From: Candidatus Hydrogenedens sp. | Lineage (GTDB): Bacteria; Hydrogenedentota; Hydrogenedentia; Hydrogenedentales; JAEUWI01 | DNA length: 64,000 bases | Reading direction: 5' to 3' | Assembly: GCA_016125095.1 (NCBI GenBank) | Contig: WGMK01000007.1 | Coordinates: forward strand, 265,605 to 329,604 | Shown: in pieces, positions 19,222-29,592 of the stretch | Layout of the letters: each line of letters begins with the position of its first letter | Position numbering within the stretch: the stretch's first letter is position 1 | Notes under the pieces: generated by a model | What the model was told of the DNA's origin: nothing | The model's database searches: none | What the model saw: the letters and a program-made list of their open reading frames with translations, nothing else | Made by a program: the position numbers and the translations under genes

Positions 19222-21288
19222 TTACTCCTTCGGCGCGTTCACCCAGGCCGGGTCGCCGTAGAGCCCGATGCGACTTTCGTCGATCGGCTCGAAGCCCAGC
19301 GCCAGCGCAGGGGAGTCGGGCTGGAGGCTGAAGTCCTCGGCGGCGAGATCCGTAAACATCGGGTCGGCCACCACGCTATTCAGTTCACGACCTTGCGCCA
19401 TGCACTGCCCGAGCGTCTGCTTGCCGAACTGCATGTCGTTGCCCTCCACGTCCCAATACACGTTGTAGTCCGACCAGATATCGGCCTTGTTCCAGTTTTC
19501 GGGCGTGATGCGCCCATTGCGCCCAACGACGATGTTGCGTTCAAAGACCAGCGAACGATGTTCCTCGACCCGCGTGAAGGCGATTTGCTCGTTGTCGCTG
19601 AAGGCGAAGATGTTGTTGCGCACCCGGTTGTTTTCGCCGTAGTGCTGGTGAAAGCCGCCGTTCGTCGTGTTGTAGACGATGTTGTTCTCGAGCAGAATTT
19701 CCGTGCTGCCCTCGTCCGTATAGAGTCCCCAGCCGCCGTACTGGAAGCTGTACACATCGTGGATACTGTTGTTGCGTACGATGGTGCCGGGCTGGATGCC
19801 GAGGTTGTACACGCCGCCCATGTCGCTCAGTACACGCTTCCCGAGATGGTGGATGTGGTTGAACTCGATGATGTTGTGATGCGTCGGGTTGTCGCCGTAG
19901 CCCCATACCCAGCCGTTCGAAACGCCGCTGTAGTAGAAGTCCGCGATTTCGTTGTGCGACAGCGTGATGTAGTTCGCGTGCCCAATCCACACCCCGACGC
20001 CAGCCTGATAGATCTTGCCGCCGTCATGAATCCAGTTGTTGTCGATGGTATTGCGCGAGGCCACCACATCGGCGGCGCTCATGGTGCCGACCGGCTTCGT
20101 GTTGCCGCCCACGCGTACGCCGCCCGCGCCGAGGTCGTGCCAGTTGTTCCGCTGTATCCGGTTCTGCTGACAGCCCGCATCAAGCCAGAAGGCGTACCCG
20201 CCGGTGTGGGCGATTTCGCAATCGGTCATGGCGCTGTAGCGAGTGAATTTCCATTGCACCGCGGCAGGCACGCTGTGCGCCGCCTGCGCATCGGAATGCC
20301 CTTTCGCGCCAATCGGCCAATCGGTAAAGCGGAAAGCCAGCCGCTCGAACTGCAGAAATTCGGCGTAGGTGCCCGTGTCCGGGTCGCCATCGACCAGCAG
20401 CAGTTGCATTGCGGCAGGGATTATCGCGGTCGTGTTCTCCGGCGTCTCGCCCGGCATCGGCAGGTAGTACAGCTTACCCTCGGCGCGGTTCACATACCAC
20501 TCGCCGGGCTGGTCGAGCGCCGCCCGCACGTTTTCGATGTAGTAGCGCTGCTCGCGGCCCCATTGGCCAAAGGGCCAGTGGGCGTCGTTCACGAATTGCA
20601 CGGTCTTCTGATCGGTATTGAGGTCGGCGATGCGGTGGTACGAGACCTCCCAGGCGTGATACACCGACACCAGCGCCTCATCGATATCCGGCCATTGCTC
20701 GAAGCCTTCCGTGTAGGCGAAGGCGTGGTTGTCGTAGCTCCGGCCCGCGGTCATGTCCACCCGCAGCGCCGGGTCCGCCTTGCCGTCCGCGAGGAAATAG
20801 CCTTCATTCGGCGTGCGGGCGGGCGTACGACGCTCGCCGTTGATCCACAGGGCACTCGGCGCGCCGGTCTCCGCGTCGGCATGGGCGCTGATATCCGCTA
20901 CCCAGACGCCCTCCGTCACGTCCCAGTTCGACACTACGACACCGCCCGAGAGCACAGCCTGTTCGCCCGGCGCCGAGCGCCAGACCACCGGCGCGCCCGG
21001 CTTGCCTGAGTCCGCAACGCCCAGCTGCAGCGGTTCGGTAAGCACGTACTCGCCAGCACGGAGATTCAACAGCACGCGGCGCTCCATGGCGCCCGAGGTC
21101 CGCAGCGCCCGAAGGTTATCACGTGCCCCGCCGAGCGTCTGCCAAGGGCCATCGCTGCCGTCCGCGGCGGGATCCGGCAGGGTGCCCGACCAGGCATCGT
21201 TGCCCGTGGGCGACACGTAGAACGCGTGGTCCGCAAATGCCGGGACCGCACAGATCATGAGAACAAGCAAAGCCAGGAAGTACCGCAT
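19222..21288 (-). CDS. Secreted right-handed parallel beta-helix protein (GH141-like)
   Basis: FYVSPTGNDAWSG, DGPWQTL, LDQPGEWY, HDLGAGGV, SDMGGVY, YGGWGLYTDEGS and Asn-ladder repeats. Confidence 0.82.
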   Translation of the reverse strand: MRYFLALLVLMICAVPAFADHAFYVSPTGNDAWSGTLPDPAADGSDGPWQTLGGARDNLRALRTSGAMERRVLLNLRAGEYVLTEPLQLGVADSGKPGAPVVWRSAPGEQAVLSGGVVVSNWDVTEGVWVADISAHADAETGAPSALWINGERRTPARTPNEGYFLADGKADPALRVDMTAGRSYDNHAFAYTEGFEQWPDIDEALVSVYHAWEVSYHRIADLNTDQKTVQFVNDAHWPFGQWGREQRYYIENVRAALDQPGEWYVNRAEGKLYYLPMPGETPENTTAIIPAAMQLLLVDGDPDTGTYAEFLQFERLAFRFTDWPIGAKGHSDAQAAHSVPAAVQWKFTRYSAMTDCEIAHTGGYAFWLDAGCQQNRIQRNNWHDLGAGGVRVGGNTKPVGTMSAADVVASRNTIDNNWIHDGGKIYQAGVGVWIGHANYITLSHNEIADFYYSGVSNGWVWGYGDNPTHHNIIEFNHIHHLGKRVLSDMGGVYNLGIQPGTIVRNNSIHDVYSFQYGGWGLYTDEGSTEILLENNIVYNTTNGGFHQHYGENNRVRNNIFAFSDNEQIAFTRVEEHRSLVFERNIVVGRNGRITPENWNKADIWSDYNVYWDVEGNDMQFGKQTLGQCMAQGRELNSVVADPMFTDLAAEDFSLQPDSPALALGFEPIDESRIGLYGDPAWVNAPKE

Positions 21289-21394
21289 GAATCATCTCCC
21301 TCCCGAATTGGGAACCGTACCGGGAATCAAGATAGCAGTGGACATCGCAACACTCAAACCGATACAAGGGGGAAAGGGCATGGGAGGAAATGTC

Positions 21395-22783
21395 ATGCGA
21401 ATCACGAGTCTCCTTATTCTCGTCGCCAGCTGTACGTCGGCCATGGCCGACGCGCCGAAGAACGTGCTGTTTCTCTTCGCCGACGACCAGCGGTACAACA
21501 CCATCCATGCGCTCGGCAACAACGATATCGAGACGCCGAACCTCGATCGGCTGGTGGAGCGGGGGACCGCGTTTACGAATGCCTACATCATGGGGTCCAA
21601 GCACCCGGCCGTTTGCATGCCCAGCCGGGCGATGCTGATGACCGGTCGGCCGTTGTTCGACTTTGGCGACAGCCCCGGCCGCGTGCCCGACAGTTTCCAA
21701 CTCATGCCGGCGCAGTTCCGCGTGGCAGGCTTCGATACCTGGTTCACGGGCAAGTGGCACCAGGACGGCAAGGCGTTTAACCGCGCGTTTGCCGGGGGCG
21801 ATGCCATCTTCTTCGGCGGCATGCACGACCACTTTGCCATCCCGGTGCATCCCTATTCGCCCGAAGCGCAATACGGCAAAGACAACGCAGTGATCCATCA
21901 GGGAAAGCATTCCAGCATCATCTTCGCCGATGCGGCCATCGACTTTCTTGAGCATGACATCTCCGAGAAGCCGTTCTTCATGACGGTCGCCTTCACCGCG
22001 CCGCACGACCCGCGTACCGCGCCGCAGGAATACCACGACAAGTACGATGCGGCGACGCTGCCGACGCCGCCTGCATTTCTGCCCGAGCACCCGTTCGATA
22101 ATGGCGAACTGCATATCCGGGACGAGGAACTAGCACCGTTCCCGCGCACGCCGGAGATTGTGCGGCAGCATCTGGCGGACTACTACGCCATGATCACGCA
22201 TTTGGACTTTGAAATCGGACGGGTTTTGGCCGCGCTCGAAGCCGCCGGACACGCAGACGATACGCTCATCATTTTCTCTGCGGACAACGGTCTCGCCGTG
22301 GGCAACCATGGCCTGATGGGCAAGCAGAACCTCTACGAGCACAGTGTGCGCGTTCCGCTGGTGTTTACGGGCCCCGGCATTGCAGAAGGCGAGCGGCGGG
22401 AGGCGCTGGTGTATATCAGCGACCTCTTCCCAACGCTGGTGGAGCTCTTCCACCTGCCTGCGTCTGAGGAACACTACGCGCGCAGTTTCGCCCCGGCGCT
22501 GTTGGGGAAAGAAGACCGGGGGCGCGATTCCGTCGCGTTCACCTATAAGGACGTGCAGCGCGGCGTGAGGATGGGGCCTTGGAAGCTGATCCGCTACGAC
22601 GCTGGCGGCGAGCAGCATGTACAGCTATTCAATCTCGACGACGATCCGGATGAGCGGAACAACCTGGCGGAATTGCCGGAACAGCAGGAGCGCGTGAAAG
22701 AATTGACCGCGCTGCTCATCGCGGAACTGGAAGCACAGGGCGACCCGCTGGCGAAGAGCCCCGACGCCGCTATCTTCCGGTAA
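21395..22783 (+). CDS. Cys-type formylglycine sulfatase
   Basis: NVLFLFADD, TPNLDRL, CMPSRAMLMTGR (CxPxR), GKWH, APHDP, SADNG and GKQNLYEHSVRVPL. Start reassigned after GGAGG. Confidence 0.92.
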   Translation: MRITSLLILVASCTSAMADAPKNVLFLFADDQRYNTIHALGNNDIETPNLDRLVERGTAFTNAYIMGSKHPAVCMPSRAMLMTGRPLFDFGDSPGRVPDSFQLMPAQFRVAGFDTWFTGKWHQDGKAFNRAFAGGDAIFFGGMHDHFAIPVHPYSPEAQYGKDNAVIHQGKHSSIIFADAAIDFLEHDISEKPFFMTVAFTAPHDPRTAPQEYHDKYDAATLPTPPAFLPEHPFDNGELHIRDEELAPFPRTPEIVRQHLADYYAMITHLDFEIGRVLAALEAAGHADDTLIIFSADNGLAVGNHGLMGKQNLYEHSVRVPLVFTGPGIAEGERREALVYISDLFPTLVELFHLPASEEHYARSFAPALLGKEDRGRDSVAFTYKDVQRGVRMGPWKLIRYDAGGEQHVQLFNLDDDPDERNNLAELPEQQERVKELTALLIAELEAQGDPLAKSPDAAIFR

Positions 22784-22786
22784 TTC

Positions 22787-24901
22787 TCAGGCGGCGCATT
22801 CGTCGAAGAGGCGGTCGACGTCGATGATAAAGGCCACGCCGCCATCCCCCATCAGCGCACCGCCAGCGAGCGCCGTGGTCGCGCACACGAGGCCATGAAT
22901 CGGGCGCAGGACAACCTGCTGTACGCCGAGCACCTCGTCCACGGCGATGCCGAAGCGTTTGTTGCCGGATGCCAGCGTGACCACCAATTGGAAGCCGCGC
23001 TCCTGATTGGCGGTGCCTTCTTCCTGCATAAACCCTCGCATGTCGATCAAGTTCAGCATGCGATCATGGTGCCGGAAACAGCGACCTTCGCCCGCGACGG
23101 TCTGTATCTGATGGGGATGCACGCACGTCGTTTCGAGCACCTTGAGCGTGGGGAACACGTAGGTCTGGCCCGAGCATCCCACGAGGAATCCGTCCATGAT
23201 CTGGGTGGTAACCGATTTCGGCACGCGGATCTCGAAGCGACTGCCCTTGCCGGCGGTGCTGCTGACTGAAATATGACCTCCGGCTTCCTCGACCATCCGC
23301 TTAACGACATCCATACCCACACCGCGGCCGCTGATGTCGGTGATCGTTTCTGCGGTGGATACGCCCGAACTGAAGAGAAAGTTCACCACATCCGTTTCCG
23401 TCAGGCGCGAGCCGGGTGTGACCAGGCCCAGCGACTCCGCTTTCTTCTGAATCGCGGCGTAGTTCAGCCCCGCGCCGTCGTCCGTCACGCTCAGGCAGAA
23501 CTGATTGCCTTCCTCCGCCATGACCACCTCGATGGTGCCTGCGGCGGGCTTGCCTGCGGCCTTGCGCACGTCGGGCTTTTCCACGCCATGGTCGGCGGCA
23601 TTGCGCACCATGTGCACCAGCGGCGCATCAAACAAATCGAGCAGGCTCTTGTCTACCTGTATGTCCCCGCCCTGCGTGGTCACGTGCACTTCCTTGCCGC
23701 CGAGCGCCGCGGAATCGCGGGCGATGCGCGGCACGCGCTGCAGGAGCGAGTTCATCGGCACCAGGCGGATGGACATGATGCTGCGCTGAAGCTGGTGCGA
23801 GAGCGTACCGAAGACTTCATTCACGCGGTGGAACTGCTCACGCAGGCTCGACACCTTCACATTCTGCCCGCGCATGCGCTGTTCGAGGTGGTTGAACATG
23901 TCGCGCACCACGATAAGCTCGCCCACGTAGGCGAGGAACGTATCCACGTGTTGTTCGGAAACACGCATGGTCTTCCCGGGCTCTTCCTTCGCGCGCGCGT
24001 GCGGATCCTCTTGGGGGGCGGGCGCGGGGGAGGCAGTCTCCGCCGGCTCGCTCGCCACCGCTGCGGGCGGTGCAGCTGCCACTGCGGGCGGTTGCGAAGG
24101 CAGGCTCGCCAAGGCCTCGCGGATCTGGGTCTCGAGCAGTTCGTCGAAGCCCATCGACGCCATGAACACCTTGTAGTTGTCTAAGGCGGCTTGAAGTTTT
24201 TCCGTTGCCCCGCTGTCGGTAGTCTCCTTCAAGAGCGCCTGGAGCAGCGGTCCGCATGCCCCGGCGTCTTCATCGGATATCGAGCCCTGCGTGCGGTAGA
24301 GGTCGAGAATGCCAAGCAATTGCGCTGCCACGCCGCTGCCGACAGGCGTTTCAGCCGCCGTACCGGAGTCTTCCGACGACGCACGGTGCTGCAACCACGC
24401 ATCGATCCGGCCGCGCACCGGGACGTCCTCGGACAGCGCTTCTTTCGCGTCGCGAAGCAAGGCAGCCGCCTCGTCCAGCAGGGCACCTGGCCCTACTTCC
24501 GCTTCGTAGGCCGCCTTAACCTCGGCGAGTACGGCATCGTAGCGGGCCTGATCCGAAATCTCCTGGTCGCCGTGGCGTCCATTGGTGAGCAGTTCTCGCA
24601 GCACATCGGTGCCGCGGAGCAGCACATCGACCACGGCCCGCGTGACCGGCCGGGTACCCTTGCGGCACTGATCGAGCAGATTCTCGACGATGTGGGCGAG
24701 GTTCTTGACGCCGATGAAGCCGAAGAAGGCCGAGTTCCCCTTGATGGAATGCACCGGGCGGAAGATGGCCTGAATAATTTCGACGTCCTCGGGCGAGGCC
24801 TCGAGGGAAAGAAAGAGCGGATCCAGCTGCGAAAGCATGTCGAGCGACTCGTCAATAAATTCGGCCCGTAACTCCGGATCGACTTCGAAATCGGTCTGCA
24901 T
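22787..24901 (-). CDS. cheA: Chemotaxis-type histidine kinase CheA
   Basis: Hpt IFRPVHSIKGNS, dimerisation TMRVS...VGEL, HMVRNAADHGVE, DDGAGL, SGRGVGMDVVK and a C-terminal CheW-like domain. Confidence 0.93.
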   Translation of the reverse strand: MQTDFEVDPELRAEFIDESLDMLSQLDPLFLSLEASPEDVEIIQAIFRPVHSIKGNSAFFGFIGVKNLAHIVENLLDQCRKGTRPVTRAVVDVLLRGTDVLRELLTNGRHGDQEISDQARYDAVLAEVKAAYEAEVGPGALLDEAAALLRDAKEALSEDVPVRGRIDAWLQHRASSEDSGTAAETPVGSGVAAQLLGILDLYRTQGSISDEDAGACGPLLQALLKETTDSGATEKLQAALDNYKVFMASMGFDELLETQIREALASLPSQPPAVAAAPPAAVASEPAETASPAPAPQEDPHARAKEEPGKTMRVSEQHVDTFLAYVGELIVVRDMFNHLEQRMRGQNVKVSSLREQFHRVNEVFGTLSHQLQRSIMSIRLVPMNSLLQRVPRIARDSAALGGKEVHVTTQGGDIQVDKSLLDLFDAPLVHMVRNAADHGVEKPDVRKAAGKPAAGTIEVVMAEEGNQFCLSVTDDGAGLNYAAIQKKAESLGLVTPGSRLTETDVVNFLFSSGVSTAETITDISGRGVGMDVVKRMVEEAGGHISVSSTAGKGSRFEIRVPKSVTTQIMDGFLVGCSGQTYVFPTLKVLETTCVHPHQIQTVAGEGRCFRHHDRMLNLIDMRGFMQEEGTANQERGFQLVVTLASGNKRFGIAVDEVLGVQQVVLRPIHGLVCATTALAGGALMGDGGVAFIIDVDRLFDECAA

Positions 24902-24914
24902 GGGGTGAACTCCG

Positions 24915-25358
24915 CTAGGATACCGGTTTCATGGTCTGCAATTGCTTGAGCAGTCTTACCCAGTGCCGCACGGCCTCGACTGCCTTTTCGACGGCCGACT
25001 CCAGGGCCGTGAAATCTTCGATGGGCTTGAACACCAGCGTATCGGCCCCCAGCCGCATGCAGGCCAGCGCATTGTCCATGGTGACATAGCCCGTAATCAT
25101 GATCACATGGACCATCGGGTGTTCTTTCTTGATGGCGCGCAGTAAATCGATGCCGTCCATGACGGGCATCATGATGTCGGATATAACGACCTGCACCTGT
25201 TCCCGGTCGAGCAGGCGCAGCGCCTCGGCGCCATTCGGCGCTTCATGCACCCCGTAGCCCAGTACCCGGAAATACCGGGAGAGCGAGCCGCGCAGGTCTT
25301 CGTCGTCGTCCACTATCAGCAGCGAAACTTTGTGGCTCGGTTTAGCAGCGTCGCTCAT
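24915..25358 (-). CDS. Single-domain response regulator
   Basis: LIVDDD, VISDIMMPVMDG, MITGY, FKP. Confidence 0.9.
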   Translation of the reverse strand: MSDAAKPSHKVSLLIVDDDEDLRGSLSRYFRVLGYGVHEAPNGAEALRLLDREQVQVVISDIMMPVMDGIDLLRAIKKEHPMVHVIMITGYVTMDNALACMRLGADTLVFKPIEDFTALESAVEKAVEAVRHWVRLLKQLQTMKPVS

Positions 25359-26626
25359 GTGCCTGGCTCTCCGTTAGCCTGCGGCAAGGAAATCACGAAG
25401 CAGGCACCGCCTTCGTCTCGATTGGTCGCGAATATAGACCCGCCCATGCGCTGCACCAACTCTCGACTGATTGCGAGCCCGAGGCCCGTGCCCTTGCCAC
25501 ATTCCTTCGTCGTGAAGAACGCGTCCCAGATTTTTCCCAAATCGGCATCGGGAATGCCCGGACCCGTGTCCTCGACCCGCAGCATAACATGACTGCCCTC
25601 GATACCGGTACGCAAAACAAGTACGGATTCAGGTTGCCCTTCCATCGCATGGCAGGCATTGACCACCAGATTCAGTACAACCTGAACCAGCTGCTGCTGC
25701 ACCGCGGCGGCTTTCGGGTTTCGCGCGTCGAGCTGGAGATCCACCCGAGTAAGCCGTTTTGTGGCGCCCATGGCGAGCCCAAGCGTTTCTTCAACCACCT
25801 CGTTCACGCTGCAAATCCGAGGCTGGTCAGAACTGGCGCGCGAAAATTCGCGAAGGCCCTTCACGATGTTCGTCACCCGGACCACGCCCTTGCGGATACT
25901 CTCGATTGCAGGCGGCATCTCGTTGGCCAGCATCCCCGCCTGCGGGTCATCCGCTGCATGGCGCGACAACCACGTCTGGGCACGCGGCCAGAGGTGCGCC
26001 AGCAATTGGGCGTTCGTGGAGATGACCCCCATGGCGTTGTTGATCTCGTGGGTGATGCCCGCCGTCAGCGTGCCGATGGTGACCATCCGCTCGGCGTGTA
26101 CCAATTGGTCCGCGCGGGCAGACGCCAGTTCCTCCATGTTCGACGCGAACCGGCGCATTTCCTCATTGCGCTCTTCCAGGCGTTGCTGATACGCAATGAG
26201 GCGCGTTCCCACGGCGAGATGCGTACGCAATTCGAGGGTGTCGAACGGCATTTTCAGGAAGGCGTTCGCCCCCGCATCGAGGTTTTCAAGCAGGTCGGAC
26301 CGCGCGGTGCGGCTGGTTACAATGATCGCGTAGACCAGCGGCTTGCCATCGTCTTGCACCTTTCGGCACAAGCAAAGGCCGTCGCAGTCAGGAAGCAACC
26401 AATCAATCAAGGCGATACAGGGCGAGGTGCGCGCCGCCAACAATTCAGATGCCGCAATGCCGTCGGCGCATTCCAGTACCTCGTAATCCCAGCCACGAAT
26501 TAACCGCACCATCAGCGTGCGGAAATCGGCACGACCATCGGCCACGATGACCTTCGGGGGTTTCAATTGATGGGGGCTTTCGGTGGCCGACTGCGGAGAA
26601 TTTCCGTATGATGGGGTATCGGGCAA
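25355..26626 (-). CDS. Hybrid REC-histidine kinase (NtrB-type)
   Basis: N-terminal REC (IDWLLPDCDG), H-box THEINN, N-box NLVVNA, DTGPGI and FFTTK..GKGTGLGL. Confidence 0.88.
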   Translation of the reverse strand: MPDTPSYGNSPQSATESPHQLKPPKVIVADGRADFRTLMVRLIRGWDYEVLECADGIAASELLAARTSPCIALIDWLLPDCDGLCLCRKVQDDGKPLVYAIIVTSRTARSDLLENLDAGANAFLKMPFDTLELRTHLAVGTRLIAYQQRLEERNEEMRRFASNMEELASARADQLVHAERMVTIGTLTAGITHEINNAMGVISTNAQLLAHLWPRAQTWLSRHAADDPQAGMLANEMPPAIESIRKGVVRVTNIVKGLREFSRASSDQPRICSVNEVVEETLGLAMGATKRLTRVDLQLDARNPKAAAVQQQLVQVVLNLVVNACHAMEGQPESVLVLRTGIEGSHVMLRVEDTGPGIPDADLGKIWDAFFTTKECGKGTGLGLAISRELVQRMGGSIFATNRDEGGACFVISLPQANGEPGT

Positions 26627-26770
26627 GCGCAGGCTCCTCGTGGCAGTGCGTCAAAGGTATTCTTGAAATTATAGTTTGCCAACTCGAGCAAAGCGGTCGC
26701 CAACCGACAGCGGTCTCGCAGAGCACAATGCTGGTACGCTCGCTAGGATATACGGGAGGCACGGAAGAGT

Positions 26771-28036
26771 ATGGACACCTCGAGATTGGTATGCACAATA
26801 TTTTCTTTTCTCGCAGCACTCGTTGCAGGAACAGGGCTCATGGGCGCAGCAACATTCCGGGCGGGCGCAGCATCCGCCATTATCAGCCCTCCGGCCGGGG
26901 CGTTCATCGCCGGCGATAAGCTCGACCGACACTTTACCGGGGTGCACGACGACCTGTTTGTAAAGGCACTGGCGGTGTCCGACGGGGTGGAAACGGTCGT
27001 ATTGGTGTCGACCGATTGCCTCGGCCTGACCTACGGCACCATCCAGCACATCCGGGAGAAGGCCGCCGAACTGGTACCCGAACTCGAGCCCGGCCACATT
27101 GTGATCGGCTCCACGCATATCCATACGGGGCCCGACGTGATCGGCATCTACGGCGCCGACCGCGCGCATTCGGGGCTCGATCCGGAATACATGGCACGGC
27201 TCGAGACGGCCAGCGCCAAAACCATCGCCGATGCCGTCCGCGGCACGCGCCCCGCATCGGCGCGCTATGCCGTGACCACCCATGGCGAGGGCTGGGTGGT
27301 AAACGAGTGCGAGCCGCAAGAACTCGATCGCTCGGTAACCACCCTGCAGTTTCTGGACGAGTCCGGCGATACGATTGCCACGCTTACCAACTTCGCCTGC
27401 CACCCGACGATACTCGACGGCGTGTTTAACGAGGTTTCGACCGACTGGATCGGCGGGTACTACCGGGGCATGGGGCACGCCCTGGGCGGCACGCACCTGT
27501 TCATGCAGGGGGCGATTGGCGGCTGGGTGCAACCCGTCGACGGCGCGAGGACCTTCGAGCGCGCCGACCGCCTGGGGCATGGCCTGGCCGACGCGGTGCT
27601 CGCGGCACTGGGCAAGGCGAACGAATTGGACGAAGCAAAGATCCGCTTTGCCGGGAAGCCCCTGAACCTGCCCCTCGCGAATGAAGGCTGGTCCCAGCTT
27701 GCCGAACTCGGCATCATCGATCTGCCGCTCGCAGGCGGCGTCGAGACCGAAGTGGCGGCGTTCCGCATCGGCGAAGCCGAGTTCGCCACGCACCCCGGCG
27801 AAACCGCGCCCGCATTCCAGCGCCAGACCAAGGCCCTGATGCAGACCGAAGGCCCCAAGTTCGTGCTTGGACTCACCATCGACGCCCTCGGCTATATCCT
27901 CAAGCCCGAATACTTCACCCCCGACGCTACCTTTCCCAGCGCCGCATACCTCACCAGCATGAGCGTCGGACCCCAGACCGGCCCGCTGATGATGAAGGCG
28001 CTGGAAGACGTGATCGTACGGGTGGAGGGGGAGTAA
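26771..28036 (+). CDS. Neutral/alkaline ceramidase-like secreted hydrolase
   Basis: Signal peptide, GVHDDLFVKAL, STHIHTGPD, NFACHPT and PGE. Confidence 0.72.
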   Translation: MDTSRLVCTIFSFLAALVAGTGLMGAATFRAGAASAIISPPAGAFIAGDKLDRHFTGVHDDLFVKALAVSDGVETVVLVSTDCLGLTYGTIQHIREKAAELVPELEPGHIVIGSTHIHTGPDVIGIYGADRAHSGLDPEYMARLETASAKTIADAVRGTRPASARYAVTTHGEGWVVNECEPQELDRSVTTLQFLDESGDTIATLTNFACHPTILDGVFNEVSTDWIGGYYRGMGHALGGTHLFMQGAIGGWVQPVDGARTFERADRLGHGLADAVLAALGKANELDEAKIRFAGKPLNLPLANEGWSQLAELGIIDLPLAGGVETEVAAFRIGEAEFATHPGETAPAFQRQTKALMQTEGPKFVLGLTIDALGYILKPEYFTPDATFPSAAYLTSMSVGPQTGPLMMKALEDVIVRVEGE

Positions 28037-28054
28037 GGCGACCGCCAGAAACAC

Positions 28055-28078
28055 AAAAACCGCCACATAAGGTGGCGG
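28055..28078 (-). terminator. Rho-independent terminator downstream of tRNA-Pro
   Basis: On the minus strand CCGCCAC-CTTAT-GTGGCGG followed by TTTTTG. A second hairpin GCTTCAGG/CCTGAAGC lies at 28083-28105. Confidence 0.75.
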
Positions 28079-28114
28079 CGATGCTTCAGGTTCCGGGCCT
28101 GAAGCAAATTAAAA

Positions 28115-28191
28115 TGGTCGGGGTGAGAGGATTTGAACCTCCGATCTCTTCGTCCCGAACGAAGCGCCTTACCGGACTAGGCCACACCCCG
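28115..28191 (-). tRNA. tRNA-Pro (anticodon CGG)
   Basis: Reverse complement CGGGGTGTGGCCTAGTCCGGTAAGGCGCTTCGTTCGGGACGAAGAGATCGGAGGTTCAAATCCTCTCACCCCGACCA: 7-bp acceptor stem, CTTCG/CGAAG anticodon stem around TTCGGGA, GTTCAAATC T-loop, encoded CCA. Confidence 0.97.
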
Positions 28192-28203
28192 ACGCGGACG
28201 CAG

Positions 28204-28233
28204 AGTATAGTCAATGCAGACGGCAGGTTGCAA
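28204..28233 (-). promoter_or_regulatory. Sigma-70 promoter of tRNA-Pro
   Basis: TTGCAA-N18-TATACT on the minus strand just upstream of the tRNA. Confidence 0.65.
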
Positions 28234-28335
28234 GCCAGCAACGGGGACAAAAATCGGCACAGATTGAATAGATGCCCCGGCGTGACGGTATAAGGGTACG
28301 TAGCTTGTAGCAACACCGGAAGGGAGAGTCGGGCC

Positions 28336-29592
28336 ATGTCGAAAGGGGCACCAGAATTTGTAGGGCCGTCGGGCGGAATCAAGCCGCCGGTGCCGCGTAT
28401 CGGGGGCCGCGCCGCAGGTTGCGTCACGATTCTGCTCGTGGCGGGCATCATCACTTTGGTGCTGTACTTCACGTTTCTGGAGTACGTGGGACCGAACGAA
28501 TACGGCATCAAGGAAGTGCAGATTCCGGTATTCGGCCAGAGCGGTATCCAAGAGGACGTTTACCAGGCGGGATATGCGCTGGTGATCCCGTTCGCGCAGA
28601 TCATGCACACGCTGCCCCGACACACGCAGGTGGTGGAATTGACTGAAGTGGACGAGCGGGAGTCGGAGTCGCTGGCGGAGAACGTATTTCACGACCGGCC
28701 GGCGAAGATTCAGACCTCGGACGGCTTCTACGTGGACGTGGACGTGAGCATTATTTACCGCATCGACGATGCCTACAAGGCATTCAAGGAGTTCGGTCCG
28801 GGCGACGGCTTTCTGCACAAGGGCATTCTGCCGAAGGCGGAGCCGATTCTGAAGCAGGCGCTGGGCGAACTTACCACGGAAGAGTTCTACAACGCTCCAC
28901 TCCGGGTAGAGAAAGCGGAGCTGGCGAACGAACTGTTGAACAACGAACTGAATCCGAAAGGTATCCGGGTCGACCATGTGCTGATCCGTTACTTCAAGTA
29001 CAGCGACCGTATCCAGGAGAACATCGAGGCGAAGAAGCTGCAGGACCAGCTGGTGTTCACGAACCAGTCCAAGCAGCGCGCGGCAGAAGAGCAGCAAAAG
29101 CTGAGCCGCATCGAGGCCGAGGGCGCGATGATGGTGCAGGTGACAGAAGAGGAGGGCAAGGCCTACAAAACCGAGAAGGACGCGGAGAAGGATCTGTATG
29201 TCCGGTCGCGCAAGGCGGAGGCCGATCTGCTTCTGCAGCTCGCCGAGGCTGAATCGACGCGCCTGCGCAATGAGGCGATGCAGCAGCTAGGCTCCGACCG
29301 GTATGTCGCGATGGAAATGGCCGAGGTGATGAAGGGGCTGGAGTTCATTGTGGTGCCCACGGGCGGCGCGGACTCGATGAACCCGCTGAACCTGGACGGC
29401 CTGCTGAAAACCTTTGGTGTGGAGCTGGATTCGGCCGCAGGTGCACCTTCGCCTTTGAATCCGCGCATCAAGGAATTGTCGGAAGCTCCGGCAGCCGAAC
29501 CGCCGCCGCCCGCGGAATTCGGCGCGATGGTTGACGAAGTCGCGGGCGATACGGCCCCGGGCAACAACGAGACCAGCGAGGTGGCCCAATGA
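28336..29592 (+). CDS. SPFH/band-7 membrane scaffold protein, subunit 1
   Basis: Single TM, VGPNEYGIK, IQTSDGFYVDVDVSIIYRI, coiled coil with EAEG repeats, Pro/Ala-rich tail. Confidence 0.82.
   Translation: MSKGAPEFVGPSGGIKPPVPRIGGRAAGCVTILLVAGIITLVLYFTFLEYVGPNEYGIKEVQIPVFGQSGIQEDVYQAGYALVIPFAQIMHTLPRHTQVVELTEVDERESESLAENVFHDRPAKIQTSDGFYVDVDVSIIYRIDDAYKAFKEFGPGDGFLHKGILPKAEPILKQALGELTTEEFYNAPLRVEKAELANELLNNELNPKGIRVDHVLIRYFKYSDRIQENIEAKKLQDQLVFTNQSKQRAAEEQQKLSRIEAEGAMMVQVTEEEGKAYKTEKDAEKDLYVRSRKAEADLLLQLAEAESTRLRNEAMQQLGSDRYVAMEMAEVMKGLEFIVVPTGGADSMNPLNLDGLLKTFGVELDSAAGAPSPLNPRIKELSEAPAAEPPPPAEFGAMVDEVAGDTAPGNNETSEVAQ

Noticed and set aside
28040-28191. tRNA-Pro as an island attachment site
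   Set aside because: No integrase and no second copy of the tRNA 3' end noticed. A normal terminator follows.
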